Assembly: GCA_964016885.1 (NCBI GenBank)
Contig: OZ024740.1
Span: forward strand, 250,418,001 to 250,482,000
Length of the DNA: 64,000 nucleotides
DNA from: Eledone cirrhosa
Taxonomy: Eukaryota
Reading direction: 5' to 3'
Of this stretch, positions 48,301 to 61,459 are shown piece after piece (position 1 is the stretch's first letter; each line of letters opens with the position of its first letter). A program made the translations under genes and the position numbers. Below the pieces are notes generated by a model that was not told the DNA's origin, did not search any database, and was given only the letters and a program-made list of their open reading frames with translations.

Positions 48301-49583
48301 TGTGCCCCATGCCCAACCTCAACATCTCAAACATTTTTATGCCCCACTTTGATATTAAAACAGTAATGATCAACTACAAAATGTAAAGAAATTAGCATAT
48401 GAGTTATGCCATTTGCACAATAACATGTGTGGAGGAGGTGAGACAGGAGTTTCCGACTAATTTGTTCCAAAGTTGCCTTGGAGAAGATAGTAAAAAGGTA
48501 AAACGTGAAGTTTGCTCTCATTAACATCATTTTCAAATTGCCCCCACCCCTTGAATTTTCAAACTGCTCCCCTGTGGGACGTGCACTCCACATTGGGAAT
48601 CACTTGTTTAAATGGGGAACAGGTGTGGTCACAGTTTGTGAGACAGGCCTTTCTGCAGCTCGTCTCTTTGACCGAGCTGCAGTCCTGGGTCAAGAAGAGA
48701 TTGATGGGTGCCTGGCATCTGAAATGTCTCCAGGCACTCACTGCCCTCTGCCAAGTGAGGATTGCAGTCAGTGAAACTTCAAATCTTGAATTCTATAGGG
48801 GCAGTAGGCAAGTGTGGTGACGCACTCGGAGAGGCTCTGGGTGTCGACGAAGTTGAACTGACCACTAAGTTCCGGAGGATTTTCGAGCCGGGGACGATAG
48901 ATAACTTCCAGAAATCCCTCACTTGCCAGTGAGAAATTCTATAGGCATGGAAGTGCTGTCAGAGATGCCTGCAGAACGACGAAACTGTTCTGCACGCACT
49001 CATCCAGTGTCCGTGCATTATTGAATTGTGGAGTTATGTCAAACAGCTGTTGTCAGTTGAGGCCATAGTGAAGATTTTCCCGCCACCTTATTTTGGCTGG
49101 GATGGGCAGGCAGTTTTCCTCTGTCTGATGGTGGTAGCAAAAGAGGTTGTGTGGTGGACCAGGTTGAAAGGACTGAAGACAGACATTTTTCTCTTTGGCC
49201 AATCTCTCATCAATTTTTTCATGTTTCAATTGGAAAGGCAGGTGAGGGTGGAGAGAGAAGTGCTGCCCCCAAGTACATTTGCTAAACGGTGGGTGAATGT
49301 TTCAAGAATGGCCCGTGTGAATGGGCCTACTCTGAGCATGCGCCCGTAGGCTGGTGGATTTGAGGAGGAGAAAGGTGCCCTTTCCAGGTGCTCTTAGAGC
49401 ATCGGGTGGTTCAGGATTGTACGGTACCTGAGTCGCCCCTCAGTAGTTCTCCCCCTAGTGGGGAGTTTGTATTGTTATAATTGTATTCTTTATTGTTGTT
49501 GTTTTTATATCGTTTACTCAATTTTTCTGTAAAAGCTACACTGTCCCCTATATGTTAGCCAATAAAGAGATTATTATTATTAT
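45390..49583 (+). mobile_element. Decayed Tx1/L1-clade LINE (ORF1 zinc knuckle, APE, RT, C-terminal domain)
   Basis: CFICSKTIHLKAFC knuckle, MGCLNVRSL at ~46270, LVAVYAPT, DQSKAFDRMDH, C-terminal WWTRLKG. Ends in aataaa and (att)n. Confidence 0.8.
48283..48605. mobile_element. hAT MITE inserted in the Tx1-like element
   Basis: TIRs cagtggttcccaa and ttgggaatcactt. 8-bp TSD gcttaaat/gtttaaat. Confidence 0.8.
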
Positions 49584-49585
49584 TG

Positions 49586-50015
49586 GGGCGGTGAATTGGC
49601 AGTATCAGTAGAGGGTCGGACGCCATGCTTTGCAAGCAAAGTGTTACAACCTTTTATGGTCTGAGTTCAAATCCCGCTGAAGTTAACTTTGCCTTTCATC
49701 CTTACGGGCTTGATAAAATAAAGTACCAGTAATACACTGGGATAATTGCTGGCCTTGTGCCCAAACTAGAAACAATTATTATTATTATTAGCGCAGTGGA
49801 TTGGCCGTATAGGTAGAGGGTTGGACGCCATGCTTTGCGGCATACAGTTACAGCCCTTTAAGATCTGAGTTCAAATCCCGCCGAGGTTAACTTTGCCTTT
49901 CATCCTTACGGGGTCGATAAAATAAAGTAACAGTTACGCAGTGGGGTCAATTTAATCGACGTTTTCCTTCTCCAAAGTTGCTGGCCTTGTGCCTATATAA
50001 GAAATTATTATTATT
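49586..50015 (+). mobile_element. Two head-to-tail SINEs following (ATT)n tails
   Basis: 49586-49789 and 49790-50015. A-box-like tggcagtatcagtag, B box gagttcaaatcc, (att)n tails. Confidence 0.88.
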
Positions 50016-50334
50016 ATTATTAATTATAACGATATTCAGGGTTTGACTGAGTTGTCGTTAAGATATATCACTTTGTAAAACGTTATCTCTGCGGTTCCAT
50101 CCCACTGCGTACCACTTCAGACAAATGTATCTTGCTGTTTTCTCTTGTTTGACTCGTGAGTTGTAGTATGTCACTCCATCCCCTTTGATTTTTTTTTTCG
50201 TTGTTTAATTTCTTTCTCGTTTCATTATTGTCATTTATATTGTACAGTTTTTATCAGTTTTTTTTAGTTTAATAAAGATTTGGATATTGTTCTAAAAACA
50301 TTTTTAAGTAATTTTTTTTTTTTTAAAGAAAAAT

Positions 50335-50610
50335 GTAACAAACATTTTGTCAGATGCTCTAACGATCCTGCCAATCCACCATCCTACACTTTCTTGATAA
50401 TGGTTTCTAACATAGCCCAAGTCCAACGATTTATATTGAGGGGAAAGTCTGTTAGATCGGCCTCGGTGCTTGATTGGCATTTTATTTTATCGACTCAGGA
50501 AGCACAAAAGGAAAGTTGATCTCAGCGGGATTTGAACGTAGAACGTAAAGAGTCGTAACAAAATACCGCGAAGTATTTTATACGTTGCACTAACGATTCG
50601 GCTAATCAAT
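50335..50610 (-). mobile_element. Diverged SINE copies
   Basis: ttttatcgac...aaagttgatctcagcgggatttgaac. Confidence 0.6.
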
Positions 50611-51078
50611 AATGATATTTTTCTTCTTTATTTTTACCCTAGTGGCGTCCGATGAAGGGGGTCTTTATAATGACAGGTTACATAATGTGTTGAGGTTTAC
50701 ATAGAAATCAGATGAAAGAAAAACATCAACAGTAATAATAAAGGAAAAAGAAAGAAAACGCTATAATAATGAAATCAATGTGTACAGTGCTGCAACTACG
50801 TCAGGTAAAAACAAAGTTTTCCCCAACTGCTTTAACTAACATCAAATAAGCGCTCTACTCCACTTAAGATAGGTTTGTTAGGTAATTAAAAAAGCAAATA
50901 ACTTAACAAAAATTAAAAACAAAACAAAACAAATATTAAACATGTACATATGAAAATAACGGTTCCTACCTGAACAGAAATCCCACAAATTAGTAAACCA
51001 AAATGTAGAGAGAAAAGAGCAGCTAGTCCAGTCATATCAGCTGTATTCCACTGTAGACAAAGTGGGATATTAATAGTA

Positions 51079-51079
<1 letters not shown>

Positions 51080-51109
<30 letters not shown>

Positions 51110-51410
51110 TGTATGTATGTATGTATGTATGTATGTATGTATGTATGTATGTATGTATGTATGTATGTATGTATGTATGTATGTATGTATGTATGTATGT
51201 ATGTATGTATGTATGTATGTATGTATGTATGTATGTATGTATGTATGTATGTATGTATGTATGTATGTATGTATGTATGTATGTATGTATGTATGTATGT
51301 ATGTATGTATGTATGTATGTATGTATGTATGTATGTATGTATGTATGTATGTATGTATGTATGTATGTATGTATGTATGTATGTATGTATGTATGTATGT
51401 ATGTATGTAT
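51080..51410. repeat. (TATG)n microsatellite, ~82 perfect units
   Basis: Read directly from the sequence. Confidence 0.98.
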
Positions 51411-52744
51411 TTTTTGCGAATTATTATTTGTTGTTGTTGTTACTGGGCGCTGGGAAATGTCCGAGAGTGTAAGAGCTCCTCTAACTTGTTTTGCAGTATT
51501 TTGTTTTGCTTGTTTTGTAATATTCTTTTATTTTCCTCTTTTGTATACACAAGTTCTGTCATATTTACCTTTCTTCTCTACAAGGAAAAGGAAATAAAGA
51601 TGGACGAAATAGAGAAAATAGGTACCAGTAATACACTGAGTACTCGATTCAACCAATATTTCACTTTTTCCTCCGAGTTTTCTTTCTCAGCCTTTCAAAA
51701 AGAAGTCATTTTTTCTTCTTTAATATGCCACATCAAATCGTTATAGTTATTCTTGTGTAATTATTATTATAGTATTATTATTATCATCATCATCATCATC
51801 AACACCAATACCTCCTTCTCTCATGAGACATATAAGAAACGTTATTTCATATCACTGTGTTTTCCTTGTTTGTATCCATTCTTTTTTGCTTTGAGTTTGA
51901 TAATGTCCTTCCTTCGTCGCCCTTGTGGTAACGAGGAAATAATCATCAACATCATCATTATCATTATTAAGTGGGAAATTGAGAGTGAGGCGAACAGACA
52001 GACGGACGGACAGCAACGAGGGCACTAGATTGCGGTACTCTTGGTAGTCAGAGAAATCCTGGATCTGTACGGTTTCTTTGATTGGTGGCTGTCTCCCTAT
52101 TGGGACTTTTCATTTTATATTTTTCGTATTACTTATATTCCATGTCGGTTTTATGTTTTGTTTTTCTTCTGTTATCGGCGTAAACCGCCGGCCGATTTAT
52201 AATCTCTTGTAATTATCATTATTTCAATTATTTGGAAGAACGATTTTCTCTGTATGTTCTTTTCTTTCTTTTAAATGTCCCTGAAGCAATTAAAGAAATT
52301 ACTACGATTATCAACATTGTGGTCGTGTATGTATATATGAATATATACGTCTGATATATATGTATATATATTTTTGTTTGAGAGTGAGAAGAAAGAAGGT
52401 AGTAATTGTTTGTTGGGGATTTGTGTTTTTTATTTATTTATAGAACCACCGCGTGCTGCATGTTCACCAGTTGATCAGGCTACGCCAAATGTTTGTTGAG
52501 TAAAAAAAGTTCCTGTAAACATATTGTTGCTACTATATTTGTTTGTTTGCCAAGAATATCAGACTGATTAACTACTACTGCTTTACTACTATTTCACTCC
52601 TGCTGTGCACAAACACGCGCACACACATCCAAACAACACATTTCACACACGCACACATACATTCATACGTACTTAGAAATCTGAAAAATAAAACCTGAAG
52701 AATATACATACATACATGTGCACACCCATCCACACTTGCTCCCC

Positions 52745-53720
52745 TTTAGTGGGTGACATCTTCTCCTTTCTAACATGGACTAGTTCCACCAGGGAGTTGG
52801 ATGAAGCTTTTCTTCAGTGGAGAGAGGTGGGTTTGTCAGTTCCCGTTACTGGTGAGGATAGACGGAAGCAGAGAGTATAGGACAATCTGCGATCGAGGGA
52901 AACTTTTAATTCTCTCTTAAATCATCCTGATCAATTTTCTAGGTACCGTTAGCTTTCTGCAACGGCAAAGTTCTCAGGGAACTGGATTGATCCCCTTCCT
53001 GTGGCCAACATTGGTGGTCTTCTCAGTCAGGACGACCTCCGCATCTCCATTGCACTTCGAGTGGGAGCCGATGTCTGTGGAGGTCTGAGATGTCGCTGTG
53101 GTAAGTTCTTCGACTCCTCAGGTCTACACGGTTTGTCCTGCCACCTGGATGTTGGTCGTTTCGCCCGCCACACCGAGCTAAACTTGATCATTAAACGAGC
53201 CCTAGCTCGGGTAAATATCCCTTTAATTCTGGAGCGACTGGATTATCTAGAAGTGATAGGAAGAGACCAGACGGCCTTTGTCCCTGGGTAACAGGTAGGT
53301 GGTTCATCTGGGACGGCACAGTCAGTGACTCTTTTGTTCCCTCCCACATCATGGACGCCATGGTAAATGTGGGAGTCATTGGAAGCAATTATCCCCACAT
53401 TTACCCCATTGCCGAACGGAATAAAATTTGGAAATATCTAGATTTATTTGATAATTATTTTTTTCCAGCCTGTGGCGTTCAAGACGTTTGGTGGAGTTGA
53501 GCCATTGACAGTGAAGTTCTTGTCATCGCTGGTGACTCGCCTCACTGAGGTGTTAGGTGATGTTCGTGAGGGTGCTTGGTTGTTTCAGCGCCTTAGCCTC
53601 GTTATCACCCATGGTAATACTTGCTGCGAGCGTATTGGCTTGCCTCAAAATATTCCGTTGATCCTTGTGATGTGGGGCCGATTGTCGCACTTGGTGGCGA
53701 ATTGATGGTCGTTTTCGTTT
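52745..53720 (+). mobile_element. CRE-like RLE non-LTR retrotransposon 3' relic
   Basis: LRISIALRVG, CRCG...GLHGLSC...RFARHTELN (CCHC), broken RPDG, WDGT, FQPVAFKTFG, WLFQRLSLVI.HGN. Confidence 0.8.
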
Positions 53721-53959
53721 TTGTCTTTGCTTCCCCCTTTTTTTCTTTCTCTCGCTCTGGTTATATATTTTGGTGCGTTGTTTTTATCCCAGCAATAGTT
53801 AACTGTATTTGTTATATGCGTTTATATTTGTGTTTATCAATATTATATTTGTAACGTTATTCTGAACGAATTGTGAGCAATTTGTAATGTGATTTATTTA
53901 CATACAGGTGGTTGGATAAATAGTAAAGTAGAAAATCAAACTTTCCAGTTGTTGTCTTC

Positions 53960-54386
53960 CTGTTTCTTCTACAACAACTACCACGGTACGCGATGGGCCC
54001 ACCCACAGCCCCGGCAGACAGAATGGAGAAGGCGTTTCCCCAGAGTACGGCAAGGGAGATGCGCTGGAAAAGCCACTCCTGCGGCTGACCAGCTCAGCCC
54101 CTATGGTGGTGAGTAAGAAGGTAGCCCTGGAGCCGAGGACACCAGAAGTCTCCACTGCCAGGGGTACGACCGCAAACCTGTCGGAGAGCGACCAGTATTT
54201 AAAGAGTTTGGCCCCCTCAGCCCAACGTGCAGCAGAACCTGGGTCAATCGCAGACTGCACCAGGTTGCGGCTGCAGAAAGTGTCGGTGCAAGTGGCATCC
54301 CAGACGAGAGGTTTGCCACCGCGGAACGGGAAGATGGTCATGCCATCTGGCCTTTGGCCGTCCCCTCGATCCAGCCCCACCAGCAT
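53960..54386 (-). mobile_element. Second CRE-like RLE 3' fragment, tail-to-tail with the first
   Basis: GLDRGDGQRPDGMT.FP..GGKPLVWDATCTDT...AE..K..KY...PLAVETSG. Confidence 0.85.
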
Positions 54387-54559
54387 ACATATATTATTTA
54401 ATAACAAAAAAGAAATATAGAAAGAAAAAAATACGTGATGAATAAGGAAGTATGTTGTTTTAACTTAAGGGTAAATATCTGTGTCTTTGTACGCACGCTC
54501 ATATCCGCGCACACACACAACTGCATTAATTTAGGTCATTAAAAATTACACACACACAA

Positions 54560-56492
54560 TGTAGCGAAATCTGTCCACGCCTTGAACCCTGGGTGACACC
54601 TAAAAGTCAAATTCTAGGTCACCACCCTCTTCGGTGTGGACAGGTTCATGCGTGGGCTATCGCCTCGAGGTGGGAGACAGAAAGCGACAGGTATATAAAG
54701 CCTGTATATTCCTTCGTTTTAGACAGAGCGATCGGAACAGTACGCTATTACAAGCTATGTAAAGATTCACTGCTATCTACAGACCGCAGAGGTCTACAGA
54801 CCATTACTCTCTCTCTCTCTCCTGGTCGCAGACTACACCAGCCTCATGAACCAACAACAAAATAACATTGTTAACCTTTGCAACTCGTCGTAACTTGTTT
54901 ATTGTATATTTTGACTGAAGTGAAGTAAACCTTTATATATAAAGCAAATCGGCCATTCTTGTTATTTCATCTAACAACCATGTTATAATCATTCTAACAA
55001 CTACTACTACTAATACTCTTCGTTAAATTGGTGACCCCCGACGTGATTTAAAAATAAAGAAAGCAACAGGAATTTCTCTGATCATGGCTTCATTTGCCAA
55101 CATCAACAACTTTCTCAGCAATATATAATTACCAAGCTTCTCATCTATATGGTACGATATGATAAAACTTCACTTTTTCAAATTATTCACCAAACTTCCA
55201 TTCTACGGAATATTTACAGTGACTTCGCTTTTATGTTTCGATTCATTACCAAACACTTCACCGCGTCCTTCGTAATCTCCAACAACAACAACAACACACA
55301 ATAGTACTAGCTTCCTAGCAAGAAAACGATCGCATAAAGAAGAGAACTGAACTTTTTGTAAAGAACAATTATATAAATTTTTTTTTTTACAGGTTATATA
55401 TGAACGTTCATTTTTATTTTTTTTATTTGTTTTACTGAATTATATGCCTGTATGAATATACACATTTCGCATCAAACACACATCATTTTCTTTGTCACAC
55501 AACAATATGTTTTTGTCTATGGTGCATTCTGGATTCGGTTGGGTCTCTGCGAGATCACTTTTCAACTGGTCGAGGTTCGGCAACAGCTATTAAACACATG
55601 AGAAACAACCTACGGGTACTACACGCCTGGACTCACTCAGGCACGCAACTCAAAATTGCACACACTCATGTCATAGCGTAAACCTCGACTCACTGGAAGA
55701 GAATCGTACGTATGATGATACATCGAGAGAAATAGTCCTCTGTGTTATCATATCGTAATCTGATACCGCAACCCCAACGTTCAGCCATCCATGCACAACA
55801 GTTCGAAATACATGATCACAACTTTGTATATTTACAGTTTATTCTAAATGTTACACACACACATACATACACAGTTATACGATTTTTTTTCTCTCTCTCC
55901 AAATTTCTCTACACTCGAAATGCGGGCGCAGTACCCACATTTTTTGTGTTTTGGGACACGCTGCCGGAATCAGATTTCGCTACCCCTTTTCTAATTAATC
56001 GCTGCTCCTGTATCGATCTGGGTAGGGAACTAATGTAGCGAAATCTGTTCACACCTTGAACCCTGGGTGACACCTAAAAGTCAAATTCTAGGTCACCACC
56101 CTCTTCGGCGTGGACAGGTTCATGCGTGGGTTATCCCCTCGAGGTGGGAGACAGAAAGCGACAGGTATATAAAGCCTGTATATTCCTTTGTTTTAGACAG
56201 AGCGATCGGAACAGTACGCTATTACAAGCTATGTAAAGATTCACTGCTATCTACAGATCGCAGAGGTCTACAGACCATTACTCTCTCTCCTGGTCGCAGA
56301 CTACACCAGCCTCATGAACCAACAACAAAATAACATTGTCAACCTTCGCAACTCGTGGTAACTTGTTTATTGTATATTTTGACTGAAGTGAAGTTAACCT
56401 TTATATATAAAGCAAATCGGCCATTCTTGTTATTTCATCTAACAATCATGTTGTAATCATTCTAACAACTACTACTAATACTCTTCGTTAAA
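54560..56492 (+). mobile_element. Non-autonomous LTR retroelement (TRIM/LARD-like)
   Basis: LTRs at 54560-55027 and 56034-56492. PBS tggtgacccccgacgtgat (tRNA-Trp-like, one extra C). PPT gggtagggaa. About 1 kb of internal sequence with no pol. Confidence 0.92.
55029..55047 (+). promoter_or_regulatory. Primer binding site, tRNA-Trp
   Basis: Complementary to the tRNA-Trp 3' end ATCACGTCGGGGTCACCA, with a 1-nt insertion. Confidence 0.85.
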
Positions 56493-56638
56493 CACACACA
56501 CATAATAATACTGAAACGAAGTCATCGAATATGACAACAAAATCTTCGATCGCTTTCCCACTCACTCAATGTTTTAATGAAGCTAGTAACCTTAAGATAC
56601 CAACCCAAATGAAAACAGAGTGCAGACATACACATACA

Positions 56639-56713
<75 letters not shown>

Positions 56714-56841
56714 AAAGATTTATTTAAAATTGTTGGGTTACAACGAGTAAATATTTTATAACTGATATAAAAGCACTCAACAGTTTTTGGAGTAGGTTTA
56801 CGATATTAAACAAATGGAAACTATATTTATAAAACCATATT

Positions 56842-56907
56842 TATTTCGTTATATATATTTCTGGGATATCATATTAAAAATATGGTATGCCTTCCTCAGA
56901 CAAAATA
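56842..56907 (-). ncRNA. Hammerhead ribozyme in the PLE 3' pseudo-LTR
   Basis: TATTTTGT-CTGAGGA-(long imperfect stem II)-GAAA-TATATA-TA-ACGAAATA. 8-bp stem I, palindromic stem III. Confidence 0.75.
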
Positions 56908-58159
56908 CAATATATAAGCTGTTTTATAAATAATTTTGACATACCTTAGAATAATGCAACTTCCATTTAAAAAGTTGATTTGGTAGTTGAGGACAGTTAT
57001 AGAGAAAGAAAGACGAAGAAAAACGAAGATAAAAAGAAGAAGATGGAGAGATGTATGCAAAGAAAAACAACAGAGCGAGATAGAGAGAGGAGATATGGGA
57101 GAGAGAAATATATTGAGGAAGTGAAAAAATATAGTAGGCAGCTTTGGGACAGATGATCCTCGTACAAGTGAGAGGTTAGGAGGGAAGGGATACAGTTAAA
57201 ATAGCCGACAGATAAATCACGTCCAGTGTAGAGGAGAAAAAGAAAGAAAGATGATATATTTAAAATATATTATGTCTCATCCATTTGAATTATCAATTTT
57301 TATGAATTAGGTATTATAACGTAAATATCAATATTCATGAATGAGACACATATCCATAATGTGTGAAAAAAATGACCCCATGCTTAGTTTAAAAATTCCT
57401 AGGTCTATAAGCAAAATCTGAGACAAAACTTCAAACATATGTATATATGCATTCTCATGAAAAAAGAAAAAAGAGAAAAGAGAAGGTTATCTCAAATTCA
57501 AGTTGATAATTATAGACACACATGTGAACTTACGTGATATGCTCCGCAGATTCTTATTTTTCATGAAAATCTTCATTGCGTTACAAAAGATTCTACCATA
57601 CATATATGTACATACATATATATATATATAGACATAAAATATACATTAACATTTATAGTAATATTCCTGCCCTCACTTACATGATTATCGATCAAGCAAA
57701 GAATAGACAACAGATATCAATATTAAAAATTAAAAACGCCAAGAATATCTTCGTCACTCCACAGAGTATCTAGGGACGTAAGAGAACATCGTATGCCACG
57801 CATATCAGTCACATAAAACCACCCTTCCAATTTATTTGACAATATGTTGTCAAGTTCATTAGAAGCAATCAGAATCAAAAGCAAACAAAAACCAAAATTG
57901 TTCAACAAGCCTTATTTAGCGGAAATCATTCTACAAAAAAACTTATTCTACAAATGCTCTTATATTTATTATAGAAGTTTATCTAGCTTAAAAATTTATT
58001 CAAAAGATTGGGAACATCGCCAATTTTAGGGTAGTTTAATTAATCTCATTAATTATATATTCATGCAGAAAGGTTTTAAAAAAATTGAAGGAATCGAAAG
58101 ATTAATCGCCAAGTTTCATAAATAGTTAAATATCTTAAGTAAATATACTACATTTTATA

Positions 58160-59480
58160 CTACATTTTAAATTTATATTTATATTTAAAAGTTGAGTTCA
58201 ATCTATGTCTGCAGCAGCTGAATAAATTGGTTCGTAAATTAAGGGAATTTTTAGATTTTAGTATAAAGAATATCTCCTCCGCGCAGAGGTCACATGTCTC
58301 AGAAGAGGAATTAAAAGGAATGCCTTTTGAGACTATATTCCAAACCATCGAATATCCAACTTTATCATGTTTAAGTTGCCAGAGTAAGCCTGATAGTGAT
58401 GTTGAAGATTTTTTATTTGGATTCGTGAAAGAATTTTTGTGATTATTATAGCGAAGTTTAAATTCTGTCGAGGTGGAACCAACATAATTAAAAGAATTTA
58501 AGTCAGTTTTAACATTACAGTTGTATATTATATTTTTAACTAAGCAATTGTTATTTAGCGGACATTTAGATCTATCTCTACAGTTACAGTTGTTTACTTG
58601 AATATTGTTTAGGCTATTTTCGGTATTTTGGCTAGGTTTTAGATTCCTATTATTTATTCTATTAATATTTTGTGCAACATTTTTGGTGGACGAGTATGTT
58701 AATTTTATAGTATGTCTATTGAAAATTGAGTGATACTTATGTGTTCTAGGGAAGCGTTTGTCAAGAGCATTAAAAAATAGTTTAGCGATGTGGGTTTTAA
58801 TGTTTAGTGAGAAGGGGGGGAGGAAACCATATTATATTTCTAGTTCTATTTCTTTTCTGGTTTTTGGAATTATTGTAGTGCTTTCTATTATAGTTGTTAA
58901 AGTTGTTACTGTAATTAAAATTGTTGTTATTTTGGTTAGTTTGTCTATTATCGATGTACATAATTTTATCACTATATCCTGCTCTAGCTAACGCTTCATT
59001 ATAATACTGGGCTTTTTCGTCAAAAATATTTTTATTGGAAGAGATTCTAGAGATACGTTTTTGAACAGAGTTCACTATAGTATTTTTGACAGATCTGGGG
59101 TGATTGGAGCTAAAATTGACATAATTCAAGTTTTCATTTAACTTGTGAAATGGATAGTGAAGACATGTGTTGAGATTTAATGTTACGTCTAGGAAATTGA
59201 CTATTCTATGGTTATTCTCAATTTCTACTTTTAGATTAAGGTAATTAAAAAATTGTAATATTTGTTTTCTTTTTCTATTTAGTTCAGAGTTATTATTTTC
59301 AATAAGTAAAAGCATGTCATCTCTATATAAACCTCCGGTAACACCGGGTATTTTCCTATGCAGCGAATTAATTATAAATAGGCCCACAAGGTCCGTTACC
59401 TGAGCTGAGTCTGATGATCCCATAGTAATGTCGAAATTATTATCTCTATCTGCCCTAGTCCATAGTTGGTTATTAAATTC
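58160..59480 (-). pseudogene. PLE RT plus GIY-YIG endonuclease, frameshifted near 58810
   Basis: FDITMGS, LYRDD, VNFLDVTLNL, SSNHP, NIIWF, CNCRDRSKCPL...CL, IIY...YVGST..FK.RYNNH, CDLC..E...LN.R....CRH. Confidence 0.9.
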
Positions 59481-59965
59481 TATCAATGTTTTCCAATGTT
59501 TTTTTTTTTCACACATGGATATGTGTCTCATTCATGAATATTGATATTTACATTATAATACTTAATTCATAAAAATTGATAATTCAAATGGATGAGACAT
59601 AATATATTTTAAATATATCATCTTTCTTTCTTTTTCTCCTCTACACTGGACGTGATTTATCTGTCGGCTATTTTAACTGTATCCCTTCCCTCCTAACCTC
59701 TCACTTGTACGAGGATCATCTGTCCCAAAGCTGCCTACTATATTTTTTCACTTCCTCAATATATTTCTCTCTCCCATATCTCCTCTCTCTATCTCGCTCT
59801 GTTGTTTTTCTTTGCATACATTGTCTCCATCTTCTTCTTTTTATCTTCGTTTTTCTTCGTCTTTCTTTCTCTATAACTGTCCTCAACTACCAAATCAACT
59901 TTTTAAATGGAAGTTGCATTATTCTAAGGTATGTCAAAATTATTTATAAAACAGCTTATATATTG

Positions 59966-60031
59966 TATTTTGTCTGAGGGAGGCATACCATATTTTTAAT
60001 ATGCTATCCCAGAAATATATATAACGAAATA
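59966..60031 (+). ncRNA. Inverted copy of the PLE hammerhead, with core A9 mutated to G
   Basis: TATTTTGT-CTGAGGG-aggcataccatatt..aatatgctatccca-GAAA-TATATA-TA-ACGAAATA. Confidence 0.65.
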
Positions 60032-60071
60032 AATATGGTTTTATAAATATAGTTTCCATTTGTTTAATATC

Positions 60072-60132
<61 letters not shown>

Positions 60133-60164
60133 AGAATATTTTCGAAACAGCGAGTTGATTTGAA

Positions 60165-60370
60165 ATTATTAGAAATGTTAGCTACCGCCGTATTTTGGCT
60201 AAAGAAATTAAAGAAATTATTTAGCCTGATAGTGGGGTTAAGAACCCTCCCATGTACGTCAATACTCATCTTTTTCCATTTCTCCGAGGGTCCTTAACCC
60301 CACTATCAGGCTAAATAATTTCTTTAATTTCTTTAGCCAAAATACGGCAATAGCTAACATTTCTAATAAT
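60165..60370. repeat. Fold-back element with 85-bp arms and a 36-bp spacer
   Basis: 60165-60249 vs 60286-60370, about 2 mismatches. Confidence 0.92.
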
Positions 60371-60732
60371 ATATATATATATATTCACAGTGGCGGACTG
60401 GCCAGGTTGCCCAATGGCAAGTGGGCCCACGGTAGCATTGCAGAAGCCCACTGTAAGGGATTTCAAAAAGTATATTTTTAAAAATTTTAAATACATAAAA
60501 CAATTAACCAGAGCATTTGATCAAAATATTCCCTAGGGAATTAATAGTAACCAAAATACATGATAGTGCTAACAGTTGGAATCACTGATTGTCTAAATTT
60601 ATAGCTTACACACGAAGATAGTATTCTAAAAGATATATGTGAGAAGGATATAATTTGTATTTGTGTATTTTGTATCGATAGAAGTCACCAGTGAAGCAGT
60701 TTATAACATAAGATGATGATGTATTATGTTAT

Positions 60733-61459
60733 AGAGAGTGACTGTTAGAGGGGGTAAAAGGAAGTGAGAGATACAGAGAAAAGGGGAAGCAGTAAGAAAG
60801 AAACAGACGGGTCACAGCGGAGGAAAATATATATATGAATATGAAAACATGGCGTGCTGAGTGGTTGCAAATGGGTTACATATGAATAAATTTAGTTTTT
60901 CATCAGTGATCTTCCAACCTTCATTGGTATTTCATCGCTTTAAAGACCATATACCTCCGGAACGAGCGAGACAGTAAACAATCAAAGATGGTAATGCAAC
61001 GAAAAGTGAGGAAGAAGGAGTCAAGTCCCTGAAATCGATGAACATAAGTTCTGTGAAATCGTGGACGAGCTTTTACCCCCTCTAACAGTCACTCTCTCTG
61101 TTAGCCTCTTCCTCGCCTTTCACTCACTCACTCTCTGCTACTCCCTCTCCTACTTCCTCCCGTTTGACCTGTGCGAGATTCTTTCCTCACGCACACTTTG
61201 ACCAGGTCGGGTGGTCTTTATTCTCTCTCGTCTACGATCTCACAGAACGTATGTTCATCGATTTCAGGGACTTGACTCCTTCTTCCTCACTTTTCGTTGC
61301 ATTACTATCTTTGATTGTTTACTGTCTCGCTCGTTCCATTTATTTACGTGTCCCAACGACTTTCTTTAGCCGTTGCTCGCACCAACCGGAGGTATATGGT
61401 CTTTAAAGCGATGAAATAGCAATGAAGGTTGGAAGATCACTGATGAAGGACTAAATTTA

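Larger units (their letters stand above)
56801..60072 (-). mobile_element. 5'-truncated Penelope-like element with ~570-bp inverted pseudo-LTRs
   Basis: 56801-57372 is the reverse complement of about 59502-60072. RT and GIY-YIG lie between the arms. Flanked by (TA)n. Confidence 0.92.

Noticed and set aside
51081-51746. MYVC-repeat ORFs in three frames
   Set aside because: Translation of the (TATG)n microsatellite.
54593-56333. Twin 90 and 88 aa ORFs
   Set aside because: They lie within the two LTRs, start with GTG and show no protein motif.
60388-60430. hAT-like TIR cagtggcggactggcc
   Set aside because: No partner TIR or TSD found in the window.
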